DNA of 64,000 nt from Heterodontus francisci (lineage: Eukaryota), in the NCBI RefSeq assembly GCF_036365525.1, contig NC_090421.1:2119982-2183981 (forward strand). Reading direction: 5' to 3'. Positions 31,201-51,100 of the stretch are shown here, piece after piece. A program made the position numbers and the translations under genes. Below the pieces are notes generated by a model. The model was given only the letters and a program-made list of their open reading frames with translations. It was not told the DNA's origin and did not search any database. The stretch's first letter is position 1. Every line of letters begins with the position of its first letter.

Positions 31201-34000
31201 CTCTGTAACACTCTGATCTATCACAGCCCTCACTGTAACACTCTGATATACCCCAAACCCCTCACTGCAACACTCTGATATACCCCAAACCCCTCATTAT
31301 AACACTCTGATATACCCCAAACCCCTCACTGTAACACGCTGATATACCCCAAACCCCTCACTGTAACACACTGATATACCCCAAACCCCTCACTGTAACA
31401 CTCTGATATATCCAAAACGCCTCACTGTAACACTCTGATATATCCCACACCCCTCACTTTAGCACTCTGATATACCCCCCACTCTGCACTGACTCTGTTA
31501 CACTGTAACACTCTGATATACCACACACCCCTCACTTTAGCACTCTGATATACCCTGCACCCCTCACTGTAACACTCTGATATACCCCACACCCCTCACT
31601 TTAGCACTCTGATAAACCCTGCACCCCTCACTGTAACACTCTGATATACCACACACCCCTCACTTTAGCACTCTGATATACCCTGCACCCCTCACTGTAA
31701 CACTCTGATATACCCCAAACCCCTCACTGTAACACTCTGATATATCCCACACCCCTCACTTTAGCACTCTGATATACCCCCCACTCTGCACTGACTCTGT
31801 TACACTGTAACACTCTGATATACCACACACCCCTCACTTTAGCACTCTGATATACCCTGCACCCCTCACTGTAACACTCTGATATACCCCACACCCCTCA
31901 CTTTAGCACTCTGATATACCCTGCACCCCTCACTGTAACACTCTGATATACCTCCCACTCCGCAGTGTAACACTCTGATATACCTCCCACTCCGCAGTGT
32001 AACACTCTGATATACCCTGCACCCATCACTGTAACACTGATATACCCCACACCCCTCACTTTAACACTCTGATATACCCTGCACCCATCACTGTATCACG
32101 ATATATCCCACACCCCTCACTGTAGCACTCTGATATACCCCACACCCCTCACTGTAACACTCTGATATATCCCACACCCCTCGCTGGAACACTGATATAT
32201 CCCACACCCCTCACTGTAACACTGATATATCCCACACCCCTCACTTTAGCACTCTGATATACCCCACACCCCTCACTGTAACACTCTGATATACCCCACA
32301 CCCCTCGCTGTAACACTCTGATATATCCAGCACCCCTCGCTGTAACACTGATATATCCCACACCCCTCGCTGTAACACTCTGATATACCCCACACCTCTC
32401 ACTGTAACACTCTGATATACCCCACACCCCTCACTGTAACACTCTGATATATTCCACACCCCTCACTGTAACACTGATATATCCCACACCCCTCGCTGTA
32501 ACACTCTGATATACCCCACACCCCTCACTGTAACACTCTGATATACCCCACACCCCTCACTGTAACACTCTGATATACCTCCCACTCCGCAGTGTAACAC
32601 TCTGATATACCCTGCACCCATCACTGTAACACTGATATACCCCACACCCCTCACTTTAACACTCTGACATACCCCACACCCCTCACTGTAACACTGATAT
32701 ATCCCACACCCCTCACTTTAACACTCTGATATATCCCACACCCCTCACTGTAACACTGATATATCCCACACCCCTCACTGTAACACTCTGAACATTCTGT
32801 TCTCGAATTCAAGAAATGTTTACAAATAAAACCTGAAGCAAAGAGCCACTATTGAATATTTACACTTAGAATTTTCTCTAGCAATTAGTTTAATATAGGC
32901 AACTCGATCAAAATAACACTTTTACATTTGCATTTCACCCCTCACTGTAACACTCTGATATACCCCACACCCCTCACTGTAACACTGATATAACGCAGAC
33001 CCCTCACTGTAACACTCTGATATATCCCACACCCCTCACTGTAACACTCTGATATACCCCACACCCCTCACTGTAACACTGATATATCGCAGTCCCCTCA
33101 CTGTAACACTCTGATATACTCCACACCCCTCACTGTAACACTGATATATCGCAGACCCCTCACTGTAACACTCTGATATATCCCACACCCTTCACTGTAC
33201 CATTCTGATATACCCCACACCCCTCACTGTACCATTCTGATATACCCCACACCCCTCACTGTAACACTCTGATATACCCCACACCCCTCACTGTAACACT
33301 CTGATGTATCCCACACCCCTCACTGTAGCACTCTGATATACCCCACACCCCTCACTCTAACACTCTGATATATCCCACACCCCTCACTGTAACACACTGA
33401 TATACCCCACACCCTTCACTGTAACACTCTGATATACCCCACACCCCTCACTGTCGCACTCTGATATACCCCACACCCCTCACTATAGCACTCTGATATA
33501 TCCCACACTCCTCTTTAACACTGATATACCCCACACCTCTCACTGTAACACTCTGATATACCCCACACCCCTCACTGTAGCACTCTGATATATCCCACAC
33601 TCCTCGCTGTAACACTCTGATATACCCCACACCCCTCGCTGTCGCACTCTGATATACCCCACACCCCTCACTGTAACACTCTGATATATCCCACACTCCT
33701 CTGTAACACTGATATATCGCAGACCCCTCACTTTAACACTCTGATATATCCCACACTCCTCTGTAACACTGATATATCGCAGACCCCTCACTGTAACACT
33801 CTGATATACCCCACACCCCTCACTGTAGCACTCTGATATATCCCACACTCCTCGCTGTAACACACTGATATATCCCACACCCCTCACTGTAACACTCTGA
33901 TATACCCCACACCCCTCACTGTCGCACTCTGATATATCCCACACCCCTCACTGTAACACTGATATATCGCAGACCCCTCACTTTAACACTCTGATATATC
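31201..34000. repeat. 32-bp minisatellite, 62 bp shorter than the previous copy
   Basis: The inter-unit offset changes from 20460 to 20398 across the array. Confidence 0.97.
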
Positions 34001-34188
34001 TTCCGAAGAAGGGTCACTGACCCGAAACGTTAACTCTGCTTCTCTTTCCACAGATGCTGCCAGACCTGCTGAGTGAATCCAGCATTTCTTGTCTATGGAC
34101 CATAACCCAGCCTTCAGGATTGGGGTAGAAGGGAAGCACACTACATTGGGATGTTCCCAGCAGCTTTACTGTTATAGTTTCCACCTAC

Positions 34189-36328
34189 CTGTTGAAGGTC
34201 ACTGCTGAACCTTTCTAAGGCCTTCTTACAATTTGTAAACGAATATCCTGTCCTTTTCCGAAGTTTCAGGAGGAGCTCTTTATCAGCTGCCATCAATCTA
34301 ACCCCAGAACAGTGCAGAAACTGGGTTGGTTGTGCAGAGAAGATCTAACAAAGACAAACGGAAATCTCAGGGAACTTTGTAACACGATCAAAGCTTTGGA
34401 CTTTTATTGCACAGATTTTACCTACACATTTACACATCAGTGCCAGTGTTACTAACATTCTGTCAAAGGCCACAATCCCAACTCATGCAAAGTTATGAGC
34501 GGCATGGACAGAGTGGATAGTCAGAAGCTTTTTCCCAGGGTGGAAGAGTCAGTTACTAGGGGACATAGGTTTAAGGTGCGAGGGGCAAAGTCTAGAGGGG
34601 ATGTGCGAGGCAAGTTTTTTTTTACAGAGAGGGTGGTGAGCGCCTGGAACTTGCTGCCAGGGGAGGCGGTGGAAGCAGATACGATAGCGACATTTAAGAG
34701 ACATCTTGACAAATACATGAATAGGAAGGGAATAGAGGGATGTGGGCCCTGGAAGTGCAGAAGGTGTTAGTTTAGACAGGCATCAAGATCGGCGCAGGCT
34801 TGGAGGGCCGAATGGCCCGTTCCTGTGCTGTACTGTTCTTTGTTTGTTGTTCTTGCTTGAGACGCACTCTCAGGATTGCTGCAACTCAATACCCTGTAGT
34901 GAGGGCATGTAGTTCTGTGCTTACTATTCCCCACACGGTGAGATTCTCAATCACGTCACAGTGGGCAGCTGTCCTGTGAGGCCAGGCACTTCCTCACAAG
35001 AGAAAAAATAATCTCCAGCACTAATAATAATTGTTCAAAACAGTAGTATCTCAACCTCCAGTTCACTGTCACGTATTTTTATAGATATTAATGCACAGGT
35101 AGGGCCGGGGGAAACTTGGCTTCTCAATGTATTCACCAAACCATCCAAATTTTATACAGGTAAAAACTCAACCTAGGTGTAGGCAAATTAGATGTAGAAT
35201 CAGGCTAAAATAGCTTTGGATTGTCGCAAACCCTTCATTTATTTAAGTATGATGGCGTGGAACGTCCTGCCTGCAACAGTAGTAGACTCGCCAACTTGAA
35301 GGGCATTTAAGTGGTCATTGGATAGACATATGGATAAAAATGGAATTGTGTAGGTCAGATGGTTTCACAGGTCGGCGCAACATCGTGGGCCGAAGGGCCT
35401 GTACTGCGCTGTAATGTTCTAAAAAAAAAATATGACACTTAAAAGAGATTTGTTTAAAAAAGCTGTAAAGACTGGAATTTAGAAAATGCTGGAAAATACA
35501 TAGCAGATCTTTCATCTTCTGAAAGAGAAAAGACAGGTTTGCATTTCAAGGCAGACTCCTGCTCAGTTCTGGCCTTTTCTTTCTCAGAAGCTTAAGGGGC
35601 TACTGTGTATTCCCAATATTTTTGATGGACTCATACTGCACAGGAGGTCATTCGGCTCATCGTCTCCATGCCAGCTCTTCGAAAGAACAATTAATCCCAC
35701 TACCCCTGCTCTTTCCAAACAGCCCTGCAAATTTCTCAAAAATATCCAATTCCCCTTTTCAAAGTTATTATTGAATCTGCTCCACCACCCTTTTCTGGCA
35801 GTGTATTCCAGGTCACAACTTGCTGCTAAAAAAAAATCATTTCCTTCCTGGATTTTTTTTGCCAATTATCTGAAATGTGTCCTCTGGTTACTGACCCTTC
35901 TGCCATTTTCTGTTTTTATTAATGAATAACAAGTGTATATTAAACAATGCCGATAACTTTGCAGTGATGTTAGAAGCATGGCCTTCAGAGATATAATCAG
36001 CCAAAGCTGCCCTCTCCCTCCTTGCCTCTGCGGTCACTCAAACTGCATGCCTGAAGGCTTAATCCAACTTGCTGGCTGAGGGCGGTCTCACACCGAAATC
36101 GCACCAATGAGACAGCAGACGCTCGCAAATTGTCTTTTTTCATTAGCCAACGCCCCTGCCAATCACCCGCTCCCAACAAGTTCAGTTGGTTTGCACAGCC
36201 TGCGGCCTTCGAATGATTTCCGCCAGTATTTTAAAACCCTTATGGCTGATGAAGGTCCAAGTGGAAAGGGTTTGTTTTACCTTGGAGATATCGGCTCGAG
36301 CGCTCCGCAAAGCACACAACACAGCCAT
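34189..36328 (-). pseudogene. TSFM: TSFM 5' fragment: exon 1 36328-36281, exon 2 34344-34189
   Basis: Copy at offset +20398 with the same splice sites. Confidence 0.9.
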
Positions 36329-37188
36329 GGCGCTGTTCATCATTCGCCGGTGAGCGCCGCGGACATCCAGCTACCATGCCACGCGACGGAGGGCCAACAA
36401 GAACAAACTTTAGCGACGCCTCTTCAGGCAAACGCCAAGAGAAGGCTCCTTACAGTTTGCTCTGCAGCCCAAAATGTCTGATGGCTCCCACTGGTGGTTA
36501 AAGCAGGAGAAACTAAAACATGACTTTTTTTTTTCCCTGTCAAACTGTCAAAGGGATATTTTAGCAAAAAAAGCATGTTACTGTTTAAAAATAATATTGG
36601 GGCACTCTTGTCTCTGAATCAGGAGTGGGTTGGAGTCCCAGTATGGATTTGAACCCATAATCTAGGCTGACACTTCGAGGTGCCCTCTTGCAGTTAACGT
36701 GTTAAATGAAAGAAACCCACCCCCATCTGTCTGTTCAAATGAATGAAAAAAAAATCTGCTCGTACTGTTTGAAGAGCAGGGAGTTCTCCCTGTGTCCTAG
36801 CAAACAGTCCTCCCTCAACCAACACCACCAAAAATAGATTAACTGGTCATGCATCCCATTGCTGTTTGTGGAAATTTGCTATGTGTAAATTGGCTGCTGC
36901 ATGCCTACATAAATAAGCAGCTTTTAAGAGGAGGAAAGAAAACAGTAGACAGCAAAATAATCTAATATATGATACTGTAAAAGATGAACACCAACTTGTT
37001 TATTATAATTTTACAATCTTGCTGTCTTTCTTCGAAACTTGTAGCAATGGTGACTGAATGTTAAATACCAATCTCCTATTTGTGTTAAGTGTATTCTGCA
37101 CAGTTTTGCTGCTTAAGACAAAGGGACGTAGATTCAAACTAGATTTAGGACTGATGTCAGGAAATTCTGCTTCACATAGCATTATCAA

Positions 37189-37260
37189 GTGATGGTGGTA
37201 TAGTGGTGAGCATAGTTGTCTTCCAAGCATTTGACCTGGGTTCGATTCCCGGCCATTGCA
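37189..37260 (+). tRNA. tRNA-Gly(TCC)-derived gene, probably a pseudogene
   Basis: Identical to 16789-16860. Confidence 0.8.
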
Positions 37261-37311
37261 ATGTCCAATCCTAGGTCAGCCTCAAATCTGCAACTTTACC
37301 ATGATTTTTCT

Positions 37312-38634
37312 AGCATCAGTGGTTGGGAAAATATTGGAAAAAATTCTGAGAGACAGGATTAATCTCCACTTGGAGAGGCAGGGATTAATCAGGGATAGTC
37401 AGCACAGCTTTGTCAAGGGGAGATCGTGGCTAAATAATTTTTCGAGGAGGTAACTAGATGTGTCGATGAGGGTAAAGCAGTAGATGTAGTCTACATGGAC
37501 TTCAGTAAGGCTACTGATAAGGTCCCGCATGGGAGATTGGTCAAGAAGGTAAGAGCCCATAGGATCCAGGGCAATTTGGCAAATTGGATCCAAAATTGGC
37601 TTAGTGGCAGGAGGCAGAGAGTAATGGTCGAGGGTGATGGTTGTTTTTGCGATTGGAAGCCTGTGACCAGTGGGGTACTGCAGGGATTGGTGCTGGGACC
37701 TTTGCTGTTTGTAGTGTGCATTAATGATTTAGTCGTGAATATAGGAGGTATGATCAGTAAGTTCGCAGATGACACAAAGATTGGTGGTGTTGTAAATAGT
37801 GAGGAGGAAATCCTTAGATTACAGGACGATATAGTTGGGCTGGTAAGATGGGCAGAGCAGTGGCAAATGGAATTTAATGCTGAGAAGTGTGAGGTGATGC
37901 ATTTTGGGAGGACCCTAGGAAGTACAGAGGGACCTTGGTGTACCTGTCCATAGATCACTGAAGGCAGCAGCACAGGCAGATAAGGTGGTGAGGAAGGCAT
38001 ATGGGATATTTGCCTTTATCAACCGAGGCATAGAATATAAGAGCAGGGAGGTTATGATGGAGCTGTATAAAACGCGAGTTAGGCCACAGCTGGAGTACTG
38101 TGTACAGTTCTGGTCACCACACTATAGGAAGGATGTGATTGCACTGGAGAGGGTGCAGAGAAGATTCACCAGGATGTTGCCTGGTCTGGAGTATTTCAGC
38201 TATGGAGACTGAAAAGGCTAGGGTTGTTTTCCTTGGAGCAGAGAAGGCTGAGGGGGGACATGATTGAAGTATACAAAATTATGAGAGGTACTGATAGGTT
38301 AGATAGGAAAAAACCTTTTCCCTTAGTGGAGGGGTCAAGAACCAGGGGGCATAGAATCAGAGTAAGGGGCAGGAGGTTTAGGGGGGATTTGAGGAAGCAT
38401 TTTATCACCCAGAGGGTGGTTGGAATCTGGAACGCACTGCCTGATGTGCTGGTAGAGGCAGGAAACCTCACAACATTTAAGAAGTATTTAGATGAGCACT
38501 TGAAACACCATAGCATACAATGCTACGGGCCAAGTGCAGGAATATGGGATTAGAATAGTTGGGTGCTGTATGGCCAGCACAGACATGATGGGCCAAAGGG
38601 CCTGTTTCTGTGCTGTACAACTCTATGACTCTAT
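37312..38634 (+). mobile_element. CR1 LINE RT region (copy)
   Basis: Same as 16912-18234. Confidence 0.93.
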
Positions 38635-41281
38635 CAACACATGGAAAGGCAGTGGTGGCAAAAAACCTGGAATGTTCGCAGAAACAATTGGATGGGGACG
38701 TGGGGGTGCTTTACAATCATTCTGGATGGATGATCTAAGATGGGCCAAATGGACTCACTCATCCAGAATTAATTCTTCTGATCTTGTGCAATTAATTCTG
38801 GATTTAGCCATTCTGTCTTCCGAGCTACAATTCTACATTTCTCAGCATTGTGTATAATCAAGTTTTGAAGATAAAATGACTGATGTTAACTCTTCCTGTT
38901 AATCGACACCATTTCTCTTCCCCTCCTCTAACTTTCTCCTCTTAAATCCCTTCCAGTGGCTTGTTATTTAAATATGTTGTGGGAAGAAGCCACACAGACC
39001 AGATGGTCCCAGGTTTGATCTGTCTGTGCTGAATTAGCTAATCTCACCCAGCGTGCTATGAGCACTACAATTGGCTTCAGCACCCCTTGGCGAGAGAGGA
39101 GGGACAAAATGTCAGACAGGATGCCTTCCACAGTTGAATAGTCTGTCTAATCTCACACACAAATGGCCACTTGGGTAAGGTATCAGAGGTCTTCTGGCAC
39201 CTGTGGAACCCCCCCCCCCCCCCCCCCCAGTAAGGGATAGCACCTTCATAGCAACAGTAACTACCCTGCAAAAGTACTTCATTAACAGTGAAGTGCTTTG
39301 GGATGTCCTGAGATTGTGAATGGTGATGTCGAAATACAAGTTTGTTTTTTCGGGGGTTGGTGGAGGGGGGGGGGGTGGGAAATGACAACATGAGATTTGA
39401 AAGTTTTTGGCTTTATGATCAATTTGGTCGCTTTTTACAGATAAAAATACTCAACAAAATTTCAAAGCGTGATGATTGGTCAGTCCATTTTTCTTTGGTC
39501 AATGCAATACATTCTCTTGGTTCAGGAGCAGAGTTAAAGTATACAAAGCGATTCGCGTACAGAGACTTGGTAACCTCAGGTACATAAAACTGATAGTACA
39601 GAGAAACAGTTAGCTTGGAGGCACTTTATCTTTGATATTCTGTTCACGTTTGAGGCACTATTTATACTCAAGAAAACAACCTTGTAAAATTCTCCATATG
39701 ATTATAAATGTCATTATTTTGGCAGGTGTTAAATGGGTAGTAGTGTGTCACAGCGTTAGTTTATCACCTAACCTGGGTTTGAATCCAGCCCAAACTGGTG
39801 GAATGAATGCACCCACGACCCCCCACAACATATCTGTGTGACATGAGTTTGGGGATTGCCTTGATCCAGTTATTTATGAGGACAAGTTCACTGTGTGAAT
39901 GACGTTGCAAAACTGAAGAAAAGTCAGGCTGGTGGATTACGGGTGCTTGTCTGAGGCAGGATTTAAGGCACATTATTACTGTAGTGTAAGTGGAACTTTA
40001 CATTTGATCTATGCTGTTCTTTGTACGCAAAGTCAATATTGGACAGCCGATACTCTGAAGGTGAACTGCCAGCAAAGATCCAAAGCCCATAGCATGCGTT
40101 GCAAGATGAGAAGAAATAATCCTGTTCTCCAGCACCGACATTCCTCACTGCAGCATAAATTCAATGTACATAATTCTTTTGTTTCCTTCAAAATTTGTCA
40201 CCATCCAAAATATATCTTCCTTCAACCAGGAGGATGGAACATTTCCTACATAATTATTGTCAATACCAGTTCATAGATTGTCCAGCAAGAGGCACGGTTC
40301 AAGCAGGGCGACAGGTGATGACCAGTTCTCCCGACTGGTCATGCTCCATCCAGCAGAGATCTGATCAAACCTACCCAACAAGCAGCTTCAACTGATTACA
40401 AATGCCAGGCATTCCAACTCATTGCCATTTCTCTCCCTGTATGACAATGAAACTCACAGAAACAGTTCCTATTCTTAGAGTCCCAATGTTATTACCTTAC
40501 TTAAGTGTCAAGTACATTAAAAAAATAGTGTTAATACTAGTCAACCTAGGCAGTGATGGGGACACTACATTTGGCCTAAGTGTTTCTGGGTTAGGATGGC
40601 AGGGGGAAAGGGGGAAACAGCCAAAGTCCTTGCTCCTGATCATAGTGTGTGTATGTATATATAATAAAAACATGTCAGGCGAGTGAGCACAGCTTCAGGC
40701 TTAATTTTGATGCCCTTATGGTCAAATAGCCTGACCCGCACTGTCCACACATTAAGACTGCAGGTTAATTGAGATAGTGGAGGGCACCATGTGCACATGG
40801 AATGGTCCCCCAGCATAGGCTGACACCTTCAGTACAGGCAGAAGAATTAGTTTTACGCTTTGTTTTTGTTGATTTATTCTGTATACTGCCAATGCAGGTC
40901 TCTGCTGAAGTGTGACTGTGTGAAAATGCGGAATAAACATCAGTAGGCAGGCAATAACCCAGGCAATTCAAAAATGTTGGTTCAGCTGCCCTTGTCCCTC
41001 CTCAAACTCCCTCCCCCAGCGATGTCTCACTGCTTAAACAAAGCCATTATATTTGTTTTTATAAAAAGAGAGAATGTGCACCTGACAGCTCACTGAATGA
41101 CTACACCCGGGAGTGAGATACTGAGTCAGGTCACAGGGTCCATCCCCAGTCAGTGCTGAATTAGCTGTTAGCCGGGGAAACAGTATCAACGCTTCAAACT
41201 GACTACTACATGGGTCACCTACAGAAGGGCTGCCTAGTCTCAAGAGCTGTGTTAAATGAGAGATTTCCCTTGCTACGTTAG

Positions 41282-45569
<4,288 letters not shown>

Positions 45570-47731
45570 TCACTGACCAATGGGTACTTTCCAGTCTCCA
45601 CTGCCTCTGTCGTGATTGCAGGATGAATTTGTTTCAAGATGTGTTTCCTTCTGTGAAAAAGAAAGAAAACAGGGGTAAAAAACTTGCAACGCTGTGCTTT
45701 GAAAGGGGGAGACATTTAAAAATCTTCGAGCTGATGGCATGTGCAGCACCACGGGGGTTGTTGGGTGGGCGGAGTCCATGTTTAGCTGCTAAGGTGCCTG
45801 TGCCTTTCAGGCCACTGCTCAGGTACTTCCTGCAATAAAGAGATCTAATCAGGCAGATCCTGAAGCACTGAGTATCTAAAGTGCTGAAGGAAAGTACTGT
45901 GGACTGGCAGTGCTTGTAAATTCCGAGCTCTGCCCTGGGTGAGGCCAGGTGAGCAAAGTCAGAAAAACAGCAGGAAATGACTGGCTTTCTTTGAAAATCT
46001 GACACCTTGAAGTGTGATGGACGCACACGAGCTGCAAGATTTTGTTGGAAAGTTTGCAGCATAGCTCACAAAAGGCTCATAATCATAAATCCTTTTCATT
46101 TAATACACTATTTATGTTTTGATTTAGAAAAGTAAAGACAATTTTTATGTTTAAATACATCAGGATCACTCTTCCATCACAGAGTGTAATGTGTCCAAGT
46201 TTGTTGACAATACAAAGTTAGGGGGAAATATAAAAGGCTGCGAAGAGATGTTGACAGGTTAAGTGAGTGGGCAAAAAGGTGGCAGATGGAGTATAATGTG
46301 GGGAAGTGTGAGGTTATTCACTTTGGTTGTAAGAATAGAAAAGCAGAATATTGTTAAAAGGCCTAAAACTTCTAAATGTTGATGTTGAGAGAGACTTGGG
46401 GGCACTCGTACAAGGTACACAGAAAGTTCGCATGCAGGTACAGCAAGCAATTAGGAAGGCAAATGGAATGTTGGCCTTTATTGCAAGGGAATTGGAGTAC
46501 AAGAACAAGGAAGTCTTGCTACACTTGTACAGGGTTTTGGTGAGACTATACCTGGAGTACTGTGTGCAGTTTTGGTCTCCTTATTTAAGGAAGAATATAC
46601 TTGCCTCGGAGGCAGCACAGCGAAGGGTCACTAGATTGATTCCTAGGATGAGAGGCTGTGTAAATTGGGTCCATATTCTCGAGTTCGGAAGAAAGAGTGG
46701 TGATCTCACTGAAACATACAAGATTCTGAAGGAGTTTGACAAGGTAGATGCTGAGAAATTGTTTCCCGGCTGGCGAATCTAGAACACAGGGGTGCAGTCT
46801 CAGGATAAGGGGCCGTTCATTTAGGACTAGATGAGGAGAAATTTCTTCACTCAGAGGGTTATGAATCTTTGGAATTCGCTACCCCAGAGGGTGGATGCTC
46901 AGTCATTGAAAATATTCAAGGCTGGAATCGACAGATTTTTGGTCTCTCAGGGAATCAAGGGATATGGGGAGCGGGCAGGAAAGTGGAATTGAGGCAGAGG
47001 ATCAGCCACGTTGGTGTTGAACAGTGGAGCAGGCTCGAGGATCTGTGTGGTCTACTCCTGCTCCTATTTCTTACGTTCTTTTCTTCTCGCACTTCTAACA
47101 CATTAACAACTCTGTGAACACAATAAACATCAGTTTTTATACAATCATAGAATGGTTACAGTGCAGAAGGAGGCCATTTGGCCTGTCGTATCTGTGCCGT
47201 CTCTGCAAGAGCCTCTCAGCTAGTCCCACTCCCCTTCCTTTTCCCTGTAGCCCTGCATATTTTTTTCTCTTCACATTAATTATCCAATTCCCTTTTCAAG
47301 GCCACAATTGAATCTGCCTCCACTACTCTCAGGCAGTGCATTCCAGATCCTAACCACTCATTGCATTAACAAGTTTTTCCTCATGTTGCCTTTGGTTACT
47401 TTGCCAATTGCCTTAAATCAGTGTCCTCTAGTTCTGGATCCTTCTGCCAGTGGGAAGTTTCTCTCTATCTACTCGGTCCAGACCCTTCATAATTTTAAAC
47501 ACCTCTATCAAATCTTCTCTAAGGAGAACAGCCCCAGCTTCTCCAATCTATCCTCGTAACTGAAGTCCCTCATCCCTGGAACCATTCTTGTAAATATTTT
47601 CTGCATCCTCTCTAAAGCCTTCACATCCTTTCTAAAGTGCAGTGCCCAGAGCTGGGCACATTACTCCAGTTGAGGCTGTACCAGTGGTCTATACAAGTTT
47701 AATATAACTATTATTGAACAACATCCAATGT

Positions 47732-48177
47732 TACACTGACGTGGCCCAACACACACAAAACCTGCTCGACAGTTCAACCTAACCTGACGTTGAAGGCCGC
47801 GGGGTGCGGGTTTACATCCCAATTGGTCCAGTCCACAGCTACACGTCAGGCCCCGCTTTTGATTGGCCAGTCTTATTGCCAATCACCCGCCTCCGATCAA
47901 GTTTGGTTCACCGAGCAACTGCGCAGTCATCCAGCTGTCCAGCCCGTTCCAGGTGTGTGTGTGTAGTTTGTTGTGAATTTTTGACAGTTTTCTTTTGGTG
48001 ACTGTTAATAAAGTTGACCGCGAGGAATTGCTGAACCATGTCCGCAGACTCGCTGGTGAACAACGCAGAGGCGACAGCACCAAAGTTCGCTACGTGTGGA
48101 CAAGAGCTCCTGCTGAAGGCAGAAGCAAACCAGAACTGAGAGCCCTGTTGACAGACCTCCCCGCGCGTTGCATATGA
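47732..48177. promoter_or_regulatory. CpG-rich EEF1AKMT3 promoter (copy)
   Basis: Copy of 6880-7325. Confidence 0.7.
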
Positions 48178-51100
48178 AACAGAGTCACAGTGTTACACAG
48201 CACGGAAACAGGCCCTTCAGCCCATCGTGTCTGTGCCGGCCATCAAGCACTTATCCATTCTAATCCTATTTTCCAGCACTTGGCCCGTAACCTTGTATGC
48301 TATGGTGTTTCAAGTGCTCATCTAAATATTTCTTAAATGTTGTTGAGGGTTCCTGCCTCTACCACCTCTTCAGGCAGTGTGTTCCAGATTGCAACCACCC
48401 TCTAGGTGAAATTTATTTCCTCAAATTCCCTCTAAACCTCCTGCCCCTTACCTTAAATCTATGCCCCCTGGTTATTGACACCTCCGCGAAGGGAAAAAGT
48501 TTCTTCCTATCCAATCTATCAATGCCCCTCATAATTTCGTACACCTCAATCAGGTCCCCCCTCAGCCTTCTCTGCTCTAAGGAAAACAACCCTAGCCTAT
48601 CCATTCTCTCTTCATAGCTGAAATGCTCCAGCCCAGGCAACATCCTGGTGAATCTCCTCTGCACCCTCTCCAGTGCAATCACATCCTTCCTATAGTGTGG
48701 TGACCAGAACTGTACACAGTACTCCAGCTGTGGCCTAACTAGCGTTTTATAAGCTCCATTATAACCTCCGTGCTCTTATATTCTATGCCTCGGCTAATAA
48801 AGGCAAGTATCCCATATGCCTTCCTAACCACCTTATCTACCTATGCTGCTGCCTTTAGTGATCTATGGACAAGTACACCAAGATCCCTCTGTACCTCCTA
48901 GGGTCCTACCATCTATTGTATATTCCCTTGCCTTGTTAGTCCTCCCAAAATGCATCACCTCACACTTTTCAGGATTAAATTCCATTTGCCACTGCTCCGC
49001 CCATCTTACCAACCCATCATAGCATCCTGCAGGAGGGCGCAGATAAATAGATAAAGGGCCTAAACTTTCCACCTCACTCTCTGTCTCCTTCTTTAAGATG
49101 CTCCTTAAAACCTACCTCTTTGAAGGAGCTTTTGGTCACCTGTCCTAATAACCCCTGATGTGGCTCACGATCAAATTCCGTCTGATTTACACACCTGCGA
49201 AGCATCTTGGGCCATTTTACTTAATTAAAGGCACTATATAAATGCAGGTTGTTGTCACAGGGTGCACAGACACAACTCCACCTCCTGTTTTAAAGTCATA
49301 CATTCTGGGCCGATTTTAACTCCGTGCAAGTGGGTGGATTTTGAATGGATCACAATCTTGCCCTCTGTCCACATATTGTTATTTTTCCATGAGAACATCC
49401 AATGTCCACATTTACAATGGAATTTTGCCATGGGATCTTCAGGTGGGTGGGGGGCACGGGTGTACAGACTGCGATCAAATGTTATGCTGAGTAACTTCCG
49501 AATTATATATATAAATGGGTGACTGACCTGAGGACAAATAACCATCCCAATGGTATTACGTTGTCCGCATGCCGAGCACATGCACCTCAAAGGACAGCTG
49601 CCAGTATTGGCCAGGACTCAAGTGAACTATCGTACAGGGAAATGTCAGTTTATTTAACACATAAACTGTATTTACATTGAAAAGTAACAAGAATATCACT
49701 TCTAGAAATTTTCTTGGTAATGTCAGTATTACATAATAAGGTAATTCCTTGCTGTTCTCTGATGTAGAAGCTTGTTCTTACAGCCCTCCCTGTTCCAGTC
49801 TACTAAAGTTCCAGTTCTGATGACGGGTCACTGGAAACATTAACTCTGCTTCTCCCTCCACAGATGCTGCCAGACCTGCTGAGTATTTCCAACACTTTCT
49901 GTTTTGATTACGAAAGTTCCTGTATTCTTGAACCAAGTCTCATCTTGTGTTACCAGGGTCTCCACTTTACATAAGAAATAAGAGCAGGAGTAGGCCATTC
50001 AGCCCCTCGAGCCTGCTCCACCATTCAATAAGATCATGGCTGATCTGATTGTGGTCTTAATTCCACTTTCCTGCTTGCGCACCCCCCTCCCCCCCCCCCC
50101 CCCTCGCCATCACCCTGGACTCCCTTGTAGATCAATTATTTTTCTAACTCAGTCTTGAATATATTGAATGACCCAGCCTCCACTGCTCTCTGGGGAAGAG
50201 AATTCCAAAGATTAACAACCCTCTGGGAGAAGAAATTCCTCCTTATGTCCATCTTAGATGGAAGACCCCTTATTTTGAAACGGTGCCCCCTAGTTTTAGA
50301 TTCCCCCACGAGGGGAAACATCCTCTCAGCATCTACCCTGTCAAGCCCCCTCAGAATTTTATATGTTTCAATAAGATCACCTCTCATTATTCAAAACTCC
50401 AATGATTACAGGCCCAACCTGCTCAACCTTTCCTCATAAGACAAACCCCTTCATCCCAGGAATCAACCGAGTGAACCTTCTCTGAACTGCTTCCAATGCA
50501 GGTATACCCCTCCTTAAGTAAGGGAACCAAAACTGTACATAGTACTCGAGGTGCAGTCTCACCAATGCCCAGTTCGGTTGTAACAAGACTTCCTTACTTT
50601 TATACTCCATCCCCTTGCAATAAATGCCAACATTCCATTTGTCTTCCTAATTACTTGCTCTACCTGCATGCTGGCTTTTTGTGATTCATGTACAAGGACA
50701 CCCAGATCCTTCTGTACCACAGCATTCTGCAGTCTCTCTCCATGTGAATAATATTCTGCGTTTCTATTCCTGCCAAAGTGGATAGCCTCACATTTTCCCA
50801 CATTATACTCCATCTCTGCCCACTCGCTTAACCTATCTATATCTTTTTGCCAACACTGTGTCCTCCTCACAACTTGCTTTCCTACCTATCTTTGTATTGT
50901 CTGCAAATTTGGCTACAATACATACAGTTCCTTCATCCAAATCATGAATATAGATCGCAAATAGTTGAGGCCCCGGCAGTGGTCCCTGTGGCACTCCACT
51001 GCTTACTGTTTGCCAACCTGAAAATGCCCCATTTATCCTGACTCCCTGTTTCCTGTTTGATAATTGTGCATTCTAGTCACTATCACTGACAGTTTCTCTT

